Positions 1 through 11,933 of a stretch of DNA of 18,958 bases are shown piece by piece; positions within the stretch are counted from its first letter, which is position 1, and every line of letters starts with the position of its first letter. Source of the DNA: Paraspadella gotoi (lineage: Eukaryota > Animalia > Chaetognatha); contig CM119270.1 in assembly GCA_051294375.1 (NCBI GenBank), forward strand, positions 2,458,473 through 2,477,430. Reading direction: 5' to 3'. The notes under the pieces are model-generated. The model was not told the origin of the DNA. It searched no databases and worked only from the letters and a program-made list of their open reading frames with translations. The position numbers and the translations under genes were made by a program.

Positions 1-40
1 AGAGGGAGAGAGGGAGAGAGAGAGAGAGAGGGAGAGAGAG
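1..40. repeat. (GA)n microsatellite, imperfect
   Basis: Directly visible. Confidence 0.9.
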
Positions 41-628
41 TTGATCTGGGTAAGTAAAAGGAGTCGAAAGAGAAGCAGCGGCGAGTCGATGAAAACGAAA
101 AACAAAAACAACGTCGGTCTGGTAAGTCAAGGTAAGTTGTAAAAAAAAGATAAACAGTCTAAAAATAGAAACGAAACAGAAAGTTGGACAGAAAGAATCG
201 ATTTAAATATTATTCTCTCACTACATTGTAAACCAATTCTATTTTGGGAAAATATGGCAAGAACAATTTGGACATGCTTTTTGAGTTTGGACCAAAAAAA
301 AAAAGATCTACTGTGCAGTGCAATTTTTTCGTTTTTCGGGTGTGGATTATAAATATTTTTCCGCTAAAATATTCGGTCAACGAATGAAAAAAAAAAAGGT
401 AATTAAAACTTCTTTTTTTCGATAACTTGGTCACAAATAAAAAGAGAGGATGAGAGAAAAAGGCGGGCGGTCTCCGCGAAAACCATTAATCTTAAAAATT
501 AAAAAAATTAAAAAAACGATAAAAATATTTAAATAAAAAAAAAACCCCAGAATGAAATGACAGCGAAAACAAATGAATAATTATTAGAATAAAGAAAATG
601 AAAAGAGGAGAGAAAAACTTATGTTGGG

Positions 629-630
<2 letters not shown>

Positions 631-686
<56 letters not shown>

Positions 687-710
687 TGAGAGAGAGAGAG
701 AGAGAGAGAG
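631..710. repeat. (GA)n microsatellite, imperfect
   Basis: Directly visible. Confidence 0.95.
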
Positions 711-901
711 AATGAAAACAACAACAATCAATCATAAGTCGACGCGCTCTTGCAAAAAGGGGGGGGTGGTATTGGGTAATGAGAGAAATGGTAAGAAGGG
801 GCGGACGGGGGGGGCGGAGGGATGCGGGAGGGGGGCGTTGAAAAGACGTCCGGAGAGACGCCAGATAAATGAATGTTTGTTTTCAAAGAAGACTCGATGA
901 G

Positions 902-904
<3 letters not shown>

Positions 905-990
<86 letters not shown>
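905..990. repeat. Perfect (AG)n microsatellite, about 43 units
   Basis: Directly visible. Confidence 0.97.
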
Positions 991-995
<5 letters not shown>

Positions 996-1190
996 AAAAA
1001 TAAAAAATATATTAAGAAAAGGAAAGAGAGAGAGAGAGTGCGTATGGAAATGAAATCCAAACTCGGGATGGAACAATGGAACCTCGGGTTATTTTTAAAA
1101 AAAATGGAATTAAGAAAAGAAAAGTGAAAGAAAAATAAAAGAAAAGAAAAGAAAAGAGAGAAAATACAGACAGGTTTTCTATCCTTTCTT

Positions 1191-1196
1191 TTTATT
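1191..1196 (-). promoter_or_regulatory. Candidate polyadenylation signal AATAAA for FoxD
   Basis: TTTATT on the plus strand, about 400 nt past the stop codon. The AT-rich context makes a chance match plausible. Confidence 0.3.
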
Positions 1197-1595
1197 TTAG
1201 TTATAACGAAATAAAAAGAAATGAACGTCGGAATCCATTAAATTTCATCGTTTTCTCATTAGATGTCGGGACCGAGAATCCGCTTCCCCTTTCTCTCTCT
1301 TCTTTTTTTTTTTTTGAACAAAAGGGAAAGAAAAATAAAAGGCAAACAGCATTAAAAAGAAAAGCAAAATAAAAAAAATAGATATAAACGTAAAAGTAAT
1401 TCGGAAAGAAATTATATATCATGCGAAAGACAAGAAAGGGGGACAAAGAGGACAAAGAGGACAAAGAGTACAAAAACGTCTCACGAAAATAAAGAAAAGG
1501 ATCATCGGAATTTTTTCGTTTTTTTTAAATTTTTTTTTAAATAAGGAGATGAAGACTAAAAGAGCTATTTGCTACACGATTTGCTACACTATTTT

Positions 1596-2677
1596 CTACA
1601 GAAAAAGTTTGTTCTTGCTCAAAGTCTGTTGCTCCTGGAGGCCGTTGAGCGGCGACCTCGACGACATGGGAAGATCCACGAGATGCTCGATCGGACTCCC
1701 GCGCAACTCCAGCGGAAACCGTTGCTGTTGTTGCTGCGGCGTCATCGTCCCGTTCAGATGGGCGTGATGGAATTGCTTGGCCGGAGACGGTCCCGCAAAG
1801 TCCAACGAGTCTTGCTGCAACTGCTGCTGAATCATTTGCGGAAACTGCTGCTGCCCGGATGCTGCGAATCGAGAGTCGAATCCTTCGTTCGGCGGCGGCG
1901 ACGAAGATTTGGAGGAAGAGGACGGGAGATTGGGGGATCCTTGATCGCTGCCGAAGCTGGACCCGGCAGCCGCCGCCGCCGCCGCCGCCGCGTCGGGAGA
2001 GGATTTTAGAGGATAAGGGAGGAGGGACGCGGAGGAGGACGTGGACGAGCCGTTGGAGTCTCCGCTGCCGCCCACGCAGCCGCCGACGCGGGCGCTGAGG
2101 TCTAGATGCGTCGGCGAAGAATCTCCTTCGCCACCGATGATGTGATCGATGGAAAACTTGGCCAATTTCGACGACGACGACGACGACGACGACGGGATGA
2201 CCGCCGTCGCCGCCAGCGGCATCGGCGTCTTGTCGCAGCCCCCGCCGACGCTGCTCAGCCCCGGATGTAATTCCCTTTTCTGCGCCGCCACCATCGCCTG
2301 CAGCGCCAACTTCCGCTGCTCGGAGAAGATGAGATTGGCCGGCGGATGCTGCGGCTGAAGCGGAGACGGTTGCGGCTGAGCGGATTCCAGCAGCTGCGGC
2401 GGCGGACGAGAGTGATGATGGTGGTTGGGTGGACCGTGGATGGAGAGTGGGTGAGGAGGTGGGAGGGTGGGGCCGGGTCCCGTCGTCGTGATGGGTGGAA
2501 CTCCGTGAGCCGGAGGCGGTGAAAGGGGAAGAGGGCGGGAGTGAGGAGGTAAGGTCGGCGGAGGAGGCGGCGGAGGCGGCGCACCGAGCCCCGGCGTCAT
2601 CGGGGGAACGTCGCGCGTCGACGCCGCTGCCGCCGCGGCGATGGCCGCCAGGTAAGGGTTGACTGGGTGAGGTCCTC
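1596..2677 (-). CDS. FoxD: FoxD probable terminal coding exon: low-complexity P/A/S/Q/H region with eh1 repression motif, ending in TAG
   Basis: caaatcttcccag|GA GGA CCT CAC is a phase 1 acceptor, in frame with ORF 1596..2702. The frame is open and GC-rich for about 360 codons to TAG at 1598-1596 and contains KFSIDHIIG (eh1). Confidence 0.88.
2136..2156 (-). other. eh1 / Groucho-TLE interaction motif FSIDHII
   Basis: Matches the eh1 consensus FxIxxI(L/I). An eh1 motif C-terminal to the forkhead domain is an established FoxD feature. Confidence 0.88.
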
Positions 2678-2767
2678 CTGGGAAGATTTGAATGAGGGTC
2701 ATGGTTAGAATTTTAAATCGTAATATTTATAATAAAATCAAATCTCTCATACATTTGTCAAACATTA

Positions 2768-3045
2768 AATGAAATTAGTACTGCCAATATAAGATTATCC
2801 ATTCATTTGATAAATAAGTTATCTTGCCCCTGACTTTGGACATGCTTTGCTGGTTTAAGGCCTCCATCACTCTTACAAGATAATGACATAGCAGGTCCCA
2901 GCAAGCTTTCATTCAAGACTGTCTCACAGTCTCGTTTATTCACTCCCAGAGTTCCTTGCTTTCTTATTGATCAAGTGGTATAATATTTCAAAGAATCTTC
3001 CCCTTGTAAAAAAGGACAGCGCCAACATGTATTATTTCATACACT
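2768..3045 (-). mobile_element. Dispersed repeat / probable non-autonomous TE fragment in the FoxD intron; inverted copy of about 18615-18846
   Basis: 2794-2955 (attatccattcatttgataaataagttatcttgcccctgactttgg...aagactgtctcacagtctcgtttattcactcccagag) aligns almost without gaps to the reverse complement of 18665-18820. Weaker similarity extends on both sides. Confidence 0.8.
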
Positions 3046-3084
3046 TTATTATTAAAATGATGAATACGATCTTGAATCAAAATA

Positions 3085-3137
3085 CATGAGACGACATGAC
3101 ACGACATGACACGACATGACACGACATCGACATCGAC
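3085..3137. repeat. 10-bp tandem repeat (GACATGACAC)n next to the donor at 3141
   Basis: acgacatgac repeated three times, then degenerate acgacatcgacatcgac. Confidence 0.85.
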
Positions 3138-3141
3138 TTAC

Positions 3142-3403
3142 CAGGAGATCCGTCGAAAGCCCCTGGCGGCGGCGGAGGCGGCAAACCGGGTCCGTTGAGA
3201 CCGGGCGGTCCCGGCGGTCCGGCGCCGAGACGATGAGGCCCGCCGGGAAGACCGCCGACCGGCAGACCGCCGGGCAGACCGGGCAGACCGGCCGGAGAGC
3301 CGGGCGGACCCCCGCCCCCCATGGCACGATGGTGGGCGGCGACGGCGGCGGCGGCGAAGTGGGCGTGAATGCCGTAAGGATCCGCGACCGCGAGTAGAGC
3401 ATG
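3142..3403 (-). CDS. FoxD: FoxD coding exon, Ala/Gly/Pro-rich linker, 262 nt
   Basis: cctttctccccacacag|CAT GCT...CCT G|gtaagt. It translates as HALLAVADPYGIHAHFAAAAVAAHHRAMGGGGPPGSPAGLPG...AFDGSP(G), the same frame as ORF 3077..3322. The phase 0 start fits the previous exon and the phase 1 end fits the next. GC content rises sharply at the boundaries. Confidence 0.88.
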
Positions 3404-3467
3404 CTGTGTGGGGAGAAAGGGGAGGTAAATGACTCTGTCTCCATCTTGCTTGGTGAACGAATAGCCT

Positions 3468-3980
<513 letters not shown>

Positions 3981-4789
3981 GATATAAGATAACGAGTTGA
4001 ATGTCATAATAATCAGAATGATGAGACGGTTTTTCTCGCTGCGTCGTTTTTTTTTTTTCTTATTACATCAAATTCGATCTTAAGAAAAAAAACGTAATGA
4101 AGATTTTTCTCATGAGGTTAACTTAGTTCATTGTCCTGTGTAAAAAAGCTGTAAAAAGCTATCCCCCCCACAAATGTCCATACACCAGTTTACTTCGTTT
4201 TCTATTTCTGCTTTAGTTAATTATAATGTTTAGTCAATTTTAACCCAAAGCGACTCGATTATCGTTTTTAGTTCGACTTTCTTTAAAATGAAAATTCGTC
4301 TCCGCAGCGCCCTCTTCCTTTTTCTTCCCCCTCAAAACCGAAAAAACAAAACCGGGAAAAACAAAAGATCATCGCCTCAATTATTACGAGACTAAAATCC
4401 AAAACAAAACTTCGTTTCAAAAGAAAAAAGAAGCCAAACCAGTTTTTGTTTGAANNNNNNNNNNNNNNNNNNNNNNNNNNNNNNNNNNNNNNNNNNNNNN
4501 NNNNNNNNNNNNNNNNNNNNNNNNNNNNNNNNNNNNNNNNNNNNNNNNNNNNNNNNNNNNNNNNNNNNNNNNNNNNNNNNNNNNNNNNNNNNNNNNNNNN
4601 NNNNNNNNNNNNNNNNNNNNNNNNNNNNNNNNNNNNNNNNTTCTTTCTTTTTTCAATTTCTCAGAAATGTTTATCCCTTTCTCCTTCTTGTTGCCTTTCC
4701 ATTCCTCGCCTCCCCTCATAATTTCTTTCAGTTTACTTTTACGACTTCTCTGTTTCTTCGTTGAGGCGAGCGGAAAAAAAGGGGAGGAT

Positions 4790-5075
4790 TCCTCCACTTT
4801 CCTCCCTTTCTTCTTCCTTTCCTCCCTTTCTTCTTCCTTTCCTCCCTCTCTTCTCCTCTCTTTTTCCTTTCCTCCCTTTATTCTTCCCTCTTCTTCCTTT
4901 TCTCCCTTTCTTCTTCCCTCTTCTTCCTTTCCTCCCTTTCTTCTTCCCTCTTCTTCCTTTCTTCCCTTTCTTCTCCCCTGTTCTTCCTTTCCTCCGTTTC
5001 TTCTTCCTTTCCTCCCTCTCTTCTCCCCTCTCGTTCTTTTCCTCCCTCGCTTCTCCTTTCCTCCTCCTCTCCTTT
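4790..5075. repeat. Polypyrimidine minisatellite, 30-bp period built of 10-bp subunits
   Basis: ttcttccttt cctccctttc ttcttccctc repeats in register over 4861-5040. Confidence 0.85.
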
Positions 5076-5712
5076 TTTCTTTTCATGATTTAATCTTAAC
5101 AACTTTCTTCTTTTTTTTGTAATATGATTTTTTTTTCCTCTTNNNNNNNNNNNNNNNNNNNNNNNNNNNNNNNNNNNNNNNNNNNNNNNNNNNNNNNNNN
5201 NNNNNNNNNNNNNNNNNNNNNNNNNNNNNNNNNNNNNNNNNNNNNNNNNNNNNNNNNNNNNNNNNNNNNNNNNNNNNNNNNNNNNNNNNNNNNNNNNNNN
5301 NNNNNNNNNNNNNNNNNNNNNNNNNNNNNNNNNNNNNNNNNNNNNNNNNNNNNNNNNNNNNNNNNNNNNNNNNNNNNNNNNNNNNNNNNNNNNNNNNNNN
5401 NNNNNNNNNNNNNNNNNNNNNNNNNNNNNNNNNNNNNNNNNNNNNNNNNNNNNNNNNNNNNNNNNNNNNNNNNNNNNNNNNNNNNNNNNNNNNNNNNNNN
5501 TTTTTCTGCGGCGCTATGATTTTTCAAGCGACGCAACGCCATCCCTATCTCAACCGCCAACGCGGCATCCCCATAAAGAATCCGGCGTTTGAGCGCCTAC
5601 CAACGCCGCCGCAGCCGCCGCCGCCGACGGCGCACCGCCATCTTCCGCTCTTCAGTTTAAACTCCTCCGCAATAAAAAGCGAAAAAATTTGATCTTTTGT
5701 CTCCGCTTCTTC

Positions 5713-5715
<3 letters not shown>

Positions 5716-5773
<58 letters not shown>

Positions 5774-5781
5774 TCTCTCTC
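5716..5781. repeat. (CT)n microsatellite
   Basis: Directly visible; one interruption. Confidence 0.95.
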
Positions 5782-7226
5782 TTTTAAGTTTTGTTTTGCT
5801 CTTTTGTGTCGTTGTTTGTTTTATTGCTCCAAAAAAAAAAATGCTCTGAGGTCGTTTTAGCGCCGCCGACGACGACGACGACGACGACGACGACAATGAC
5901 GACGACCTCTGACAACAGACGCGCCTTTCGTTTTAATACATTTAGTTTGTTTACAACGAACTATGAATTACATTTGAGCATATTTAAAAACCTTGGGGAT
6001 TGTTTAAGATCTGAAGGGGGATTCCTGGTTCTTGACAAAATGTTTAGCAAAGATATAAAGTAATAAACATTTTATAACATCGAAACACTTGACAATGAGC
6101 TAAGGAGAAAACGTTGAGAGTTTAACGTTGAACAATGATTATTATTTATGCAAATGACATCAATTTTATTCGAAAAAGCAGATCAGATTATCGCTTGCTT
6201 TATGTTTTGGTCTCTCTCTCTCTCTCTCTCTCTCTNNNNNNNNNNNNNNNNNNNNNNNNNNNNNNNNNNNNNNNNNNNNNNNNNNNNNNNNNNNNNNNNN
6301 NNNNNNNNNNNNNNNNNNNNNNNNNNNNNNNNNNNNNNNNNNNNNNNNNNNNNNNNNNNNNNNNNNNNNNNNNNNNNNNNNNNNNNNNNNNNNNNNNNNN
6401 NNNNNNNNNNNNNNNNNNNNNNNNNNNNNNNNNNNNNNNNNNNNNNNNNNNNNNNNNNNNNNNNNNNNNNNNNNNNNNNNNNNNNNNNNNNNNNNNNNNN
6501 NNNNNNNNNNNNNNNNNNNNNNNNNNNNNNNNNNNNNNNNNNNNNNNNNNNNNNNAAAAGAGAGAGATGGTGATGAGGAGGAGGAGGAGAGCGAGGACGA
6601 AAGGGGACAAAAGAGGACATGATAAGGAGGAGGAGGAGGAGGAGGAGAGGGGAGAGAAGAATGAACAGTTGGAGGAAAAAGAAAAGGTGAAGACTTATGA
6701 GAAAAGAGAAGAAGAGAGAATAGAGTTTTTTGATATACATAATTAATCATTTCTTCTATTAAAAAAATGAATATATTTTCAAAGCTACAAGTTAATTATA
6801 AACATAGAAATATATTCACACTATTTACCGGCAGATTAGTAGTACAAAGCTTTTAAGAAAACAAAATTTAAAGACACTAATCATTATCTAAAAGACTACG
6901 TTACGTAAATGAGATTGAAGAAATTATTGAAAGAAAAGTTTATGATAAAAATGAACAAAAAGAGGTCATACACAAAAAAATAAAGGAAAAAATGTAACGG
7001 AACTAAAAAAAGAAAAAGATAATAAAGACGGTAAGAAATTCGGTTTAAAAAAAAAAGCCGCCAAAAAACATCACGACAAAGCCGGCTTATTTTGTCGGCC
7101 TTTCGAAAACGAGAACTCGGATATGCAAACTGTTTGGAAAACATCTAATTCATCATTCGACGCTTTTCACGTCTCCCGAAGGAAAAACTTTGTTTCCGGA
7201 GCCGCGAACGCCGAAGATTTATTGGC

Positions 7227-7356
<130 letters not shown>

Positions 7357-7661
7357 AAAAATTCCAAAAGACGTCGAAGGAAATGAGTCTTGAAAAACCG
7401 ATCCTCTTTTGAAAAATAACCGGAGACGACGGTACGCGGATGCGTCGTCGCGTTTCTATCGTACCAAACTGTAGTTTCGCTTATATTGTAATGTACTATA
7501 TTCTATTGTTTTGTACGTTAGTAATTTTCGTTATTAACTAAAATTAACCTAATATTTTTTTTTAATTGAATTATAAGTCGACGCCAATCGTGGACGCATT
7601 TAAATTTCAGGAAAACGAAACAAAGAAGAAACAAAGAAAAACTGAAGACGAAAATAGATTC

Positions 7662-7698
<37 letters not shown>
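7662..7698. repeat. (GCC)n microsatellite
   Basis: Directly visible. Confidence 0.95.
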
Positions 7699-7703
<5 letters not shown>

Positions 7704-7819
7704 ACGTCTTCGCCCGGTTATTGTTCTCTCAGTTAACAAACTCGGCGAATAACATTAGATCGTCTTCATCATCGTCTTGTTTACTGATCTGGTTCGATCG
7801 CGTTGAAGTCATCTAAGTT

Positions 7820-7826
7820 CGTCGTT

Positions 7827-7882
<56 letters not shown>

Positions 7883-8310
7883 TTTTGTAAACGTTTTCAT
7901 CGTCATCTTCGTCACCATTGTTGTCATAGTCATCATCATATTTGTCATCGTCGACTTCGTCATCAACATTGTTACCGACTTCGCCGACGGCGTCATGTTC
8001 GTCATCGTCTGTCGTTGTTTTCGTCATTGTCATCGTCTTCATCATTGTTGTCATTCTGTTCGTCGTCGTAGTCGTCTTCGACGTTATCATCGTCGTCGCC
8101 GTCCCAGCGCCATATTGTTTTATGGTTGTTTCTTTACGAGAAACGCGAACAGCGAAGAAGCAGAGGTTGTTGACGTCGCCATGACGACTACAACAACAAA
8201 AACACGACGATAACGACGACGACAACTAAAGCGAGACGACGACGACGACGACGAGCGCGAATGCAGCCGGGCAGAAAGAAAGAACCGGAACAATGACGAC
8301 AATGACGCAG
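7820..8310. repeat. (GTC)n tract decaying into cryptic triplet low complexity, followed by inverted (GAC)n tracts
   Basis: Near-perfect GTC run at 7820-7881, degenerate RTY triplets to about 8100, GAC/AAC runs at 8180-8310. Confidence 0.85.
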
Positions 8311-8499
8311 GTATTAGAACTTTATAATAGCTAGTTTCGCATGGTAGGAATGGGGAGAGAGAGGGAAGAGAGAGAGGAGAAGAAGAGAGAGAAAGATGGA
8401 AAAGAGTCGTCGTATTCGGGTAGGAGAGAGAAAGAGTAAACTGGAAGAGAGAGAGAGGAAAGAGAAATGAAAGATAGATTATATAGGTAACACTTCAGG

Positions 8500-11400
8500 G
8501 GCTTTCCTTTTTCCGCGTCGGACGGTTGGTTTAGGAAGAAAAAAAAAAGAGAAATGATGAAAAAAAACAAAAAAAAAACATAATTAAAAAAACAGCAAGG
8601 GACAAAGAGGTGACTCACTTTCACTAGGTGGGAATGGATTCCTGATTTTGATCGTGAAAGGTTGGGTGTGCCGTCTTGCTGGTGGTCCGACCTGACGATG
8701 GTTTGGTGGTCTTGAGCAGGCAGGCTTTTTGTTGCCTGTTATTGGGAATGGACGAAGGCTATCTGTTTAACAAAATTAAATGTTTGATCCTTCAAAAAAG
8801 GGAAAAGAAAAAAATCGACAAAACAGACTTCGTCCTATTAAAATTAAAAAAAAAACCAGATAAAAAGGGCTACACTAGAGAACTTGTTCCAAGTGGGATG
8901 TGGAGAAGCGGACGGGATGGTGGCCCGAGGGAGTACGCTCTGATCGTAATTCAGAACGTTCAGAGAAGAGAGGTAAGAAACCGTCAAGGGCTAACTCTCC
9001 CTTTCGCCTTATCTCTTCTCGGTTTATACTGATCAAACCTTTCGCTCGGTTTTTGGCTTCTCTCTCTCTCTGCTCCTCTTTTCCCTCATTAAACTGTGTC
9101 CGACTCAAACTCTCTCTCGATCTCTTGTGAGGAAATTTCCTCTGGTTGAGCGTGGCTCTAGCTCTTTTGCAGTCTCTCTCTCCGCTGACCAGTTTCCTCC
9201 AGCCGCATTGAGAGATTCCCCTCCGCAAGGTTTTATGAGTCAACTCGAGGCCGTTTCGGGCATTATACTATGCCTGATCTCCTGATTGTCTGTCTACGGT
9301 TTCACGACGCAAAACATAACGACTCAGTGACTCACCTTAGTAAGGCCGAAGTAGCCTTGACACAAACGAGTATAATACATATATATAACAATAAACTGCT
9401 GGTATCAAATACGGAGTGTGCACGGTCTCTCTCGGCATCGTCCGGCTCTGTGGTCTCCGTTTTTGCGGCTCCCAGAGTGTCCTCCTCAAGCTTTCTATAA
9501 TACCCGTGATTCCTCTAGTCCGCGGGCGACATACTCCTGACCAACTCCTACCTGTTCGGTCGGGCACCCGACGCCAAGGCCATCCATTTTGTCTCTGGCT
9601 CACTCCTCTGCATATCTGACTCAAGAGATGGAGAGAGCATAAGAGATCGAGATGAGCAGCTCAAAAAGTTACTCATAAAAAACGGTAACCTGACGTCTTA
9701 CTATCTCTCTTCATATCTAATACAAGTTACTTACATCATCGAGCTCTGTGACTTATCAAAACTAACTCGGTCGTCCTTTGCCTTCTCTTCGCCTCCACAA
9801 GGAGAAATTGTCGCATATACTCATGTTACGGTAAAACGCCACGACTCACGCGACTCGTATCATTTCGTTCGACGCCCTAGTTTCCTGTAACGATGAATAT
9901 CCGCCCTCCCTCAGATATCAGGCAACCACACCTCAATATATAAGCCGAAACAAAAAGACGGCAGTGTAGTAGCCGTAATAGTAGAGGGTCACCGTTATAC
10001 TCTTTCAGCTCTTTAGCATTATTCATTTATCTTCAGTGGTCAAGAGCAGTCACTTCCGCTTTCCGCTTTCTTGCCGTCACTTCGTCTGGATATTTCTTCT
10101 ATGTCGGAATCCTGTAGCCAGGTGGAGCTCAAAAGCTTTTTAAATAGTTTCTCTTCGTAAAACATCTTTCTTATTCCTTTGCTTCCTTTTCTTTTATCCT
10201 TCGTCCTTTTCTTTTATTTTTTTCTTTCTGCTCGCGACTTTTTTCTCCTCTCCTGCTCTACCTCTCTTTCCTCTTCACTGCTGTCCTTTCTCTCTTCTTT
10301 GTCTTTCGCCCACTTTCTCTTGTGTTTTCACGATATTTTTTCGCTTTCTTTCCTTCCTTCTTCCTTTTCCTTCTCTGACTCCTGTAACCTTCTGTCTTCT
10401 TTTTCCGTTCCCATTTTCCTCTTCAGTCGAACCCTTCCTGTTCTTCTCCTCACTCTCGACCCTTCTGTTTCGTCTTTCTTGTTATCCTGTATACGTTCTC
10501 GGCTTCATAGTCAAAAAATTTCTTGACTACGGAGTTTTTCTTTCTTTTCCCTAAGGAGCTCTGAGGATGTATTTTCACTCTCTCATCTACTTTCAAAGAG
10601 AGGGAAGGGAGGAGATGGTGAAACGGAAGACAATAACGGAATGTTTTTCCTCAGTGTGTGAAGTGATGTGATTATCGCAATTCGCTTTCTCTCGCGTTCT
10701 TCCTCCTTCATCTCCTTCCTCTCTTCCTACCTTCCTGTTCCTTTTCTTGTCTTTTTTTCTGTCTTTTCGGATCCTTTGAAATATATTTTTTCAGAGACAT
10801 CTGGACTGAAGCAGGGCTTTTGAAGAAAGTGGAGTTGTATTGCCCTGATCCCGCCCTCCAATCGGCCTTTAAAAATCGTCCCTTCCACCTTCGTTTCATC
10901 GAAACAAGTGGGTATGGATGTGACTGTGGGAAACCGGCCCTTGACATTAACTCATTCGCGACGGGATGTAATGCCTGATAAGGGAAAAAAAAGAGTTAAG
11001 GAAAATGGAAAAGATAAGGAAATAATGAAAAGACCCTGTTAAAACCTGACTATTAGTCTACATTAGTACTGTATGAAATCCCCATTCACATCCCATGGAC
11101 TTCCAGAAAGCTTCCTGCATATCTCGGAATATTTTAAAAATCGAGCCCCGCTACAAAGACTCTCTGTCCAGTATATCCGTTCTTGTGCTGCCCTCGTCTA
11201 CCTGGACACAGAGACATCAGGAAACTTGATACAGCTTTTGTGAGACCTAGATCAGCTGAATTGATCGCGAATGCCTGTTTAATGACTTGTTTCTTGTTGC
11301 AGGTCAGAAGGGACAAGGCATCATTACTGATCATGTCTCCGAGACAGTTTACGGTCTGCTACGTGGTCATTACGTACTAGAGTATAATATCCAGATGATC

Positions 11401-11908
11401 CTTGTGGGAATTGATATGAGATTGTAAAGGCGAATAGTTACATCGAGGAGGTTCTTTAAACCCAAGCAAGTCATACTCACATAAAGATTAGTTCTTGTGC
11501 CCAGATCCGAGTGGAACAGGAATCCGTGATAACTTCCGCAAGCTTAGAAATTTCATAGCTTTTCGGCATTTATTAAAGATATTGGTGGATTGGAAAGAAC
11601 CATCCCTCATTGATCAATTTTTATATTGGTGTTTACCGGAGTCCGAATTTCATAATTATCCATTTATTTGATAAGGCTATGCTCGCCTCCCTCCTGAACA
11701 TATTTAATCCTGATCACCAGTGAACAATAGACACCTTTATGGTCGAAATGGACATTCCTTGGCAACAGGTAAGGACCACAACTCACTTGATGTGATCTCT
11801 TGTGTGAAGGACATCTTTGGCAGACAAGTAGAAAAAGAAGTATGTCACTTGTCCATCTGTCCTTTTTAGAACGTGTCAACCTTCCTTCCTCGGTTGCAGC
11901 CTGAGGTT
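8500..11908 (+). other. Insertion-rich, low-fidelity duplicate of about 16300-18950 (probable long-read gap-fill artefact)
   Basis: Colinear anchors: aatcgac (about 8813 vs 16401), ctctctcgat (9112 vs 16493), ctgtaac (9885 vs 17225), ggtcacc (9987 vs 17335), tgacattaactcattcgcgacg (10942 vs 18523), aattatccattt..ttgataa (about 11654 vs 18847). The block ends at an exactly 25-N gap. Confidence 0.75.
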
Positions 11909-11933
11909 NNNNNNNNNNNNNNNNNNNNNNNNN

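Noticed and set aside
492-1127. ORFs of SLSLSL / ERERER type here and at 5657-7386
   Set aside because: They are translations of (GA)n microsatellites, which lack stop codons.
1549-2584. Overlapping ORFs 1549-1767, 1569-2009, 1859-2098, 2149-2358 and 2255-2584
   Set aside because: Shadow frames of the GC-rich FoxD exon; no recognisable motifs.
2678-2702. ATG start of the 368-aa ORF as a stand-alone gene
   Set aside because: The first 8 codons are intron sequence. An in-frame phase 1 acceptor (exon starts at 2677) links it to upstream forkhead exons.
4667-5122. F/L/P/S-rich and K/R/E/G-rich ORFs
   Set aside because: Translations of the 30-bp polypyrimidine minisatellite.
5941-6070. Forkhead-type sites (TGTTTAC, ATAAACA; also AAACAAACA at about 16436) suggesting autoregulation
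   Set aside because: Expected frequently by chance in this AT-rich sequence; no supporting evidence.
8330-8530. Faint resemblance to a garbled version of the missing helix-3 exon (and of the N-terminal exon near 17960-18030)
   Set aside because: Only 4-6 nt matches in noisy sequence, not distinguishable from chance by eye.
8676-11879. Short ORFs in 8.7-11.9 kb as genes or transposases
   Set aside because: No domains recognised; the region appears to be an error-rich duplicate of 16.3-18.95 kb.
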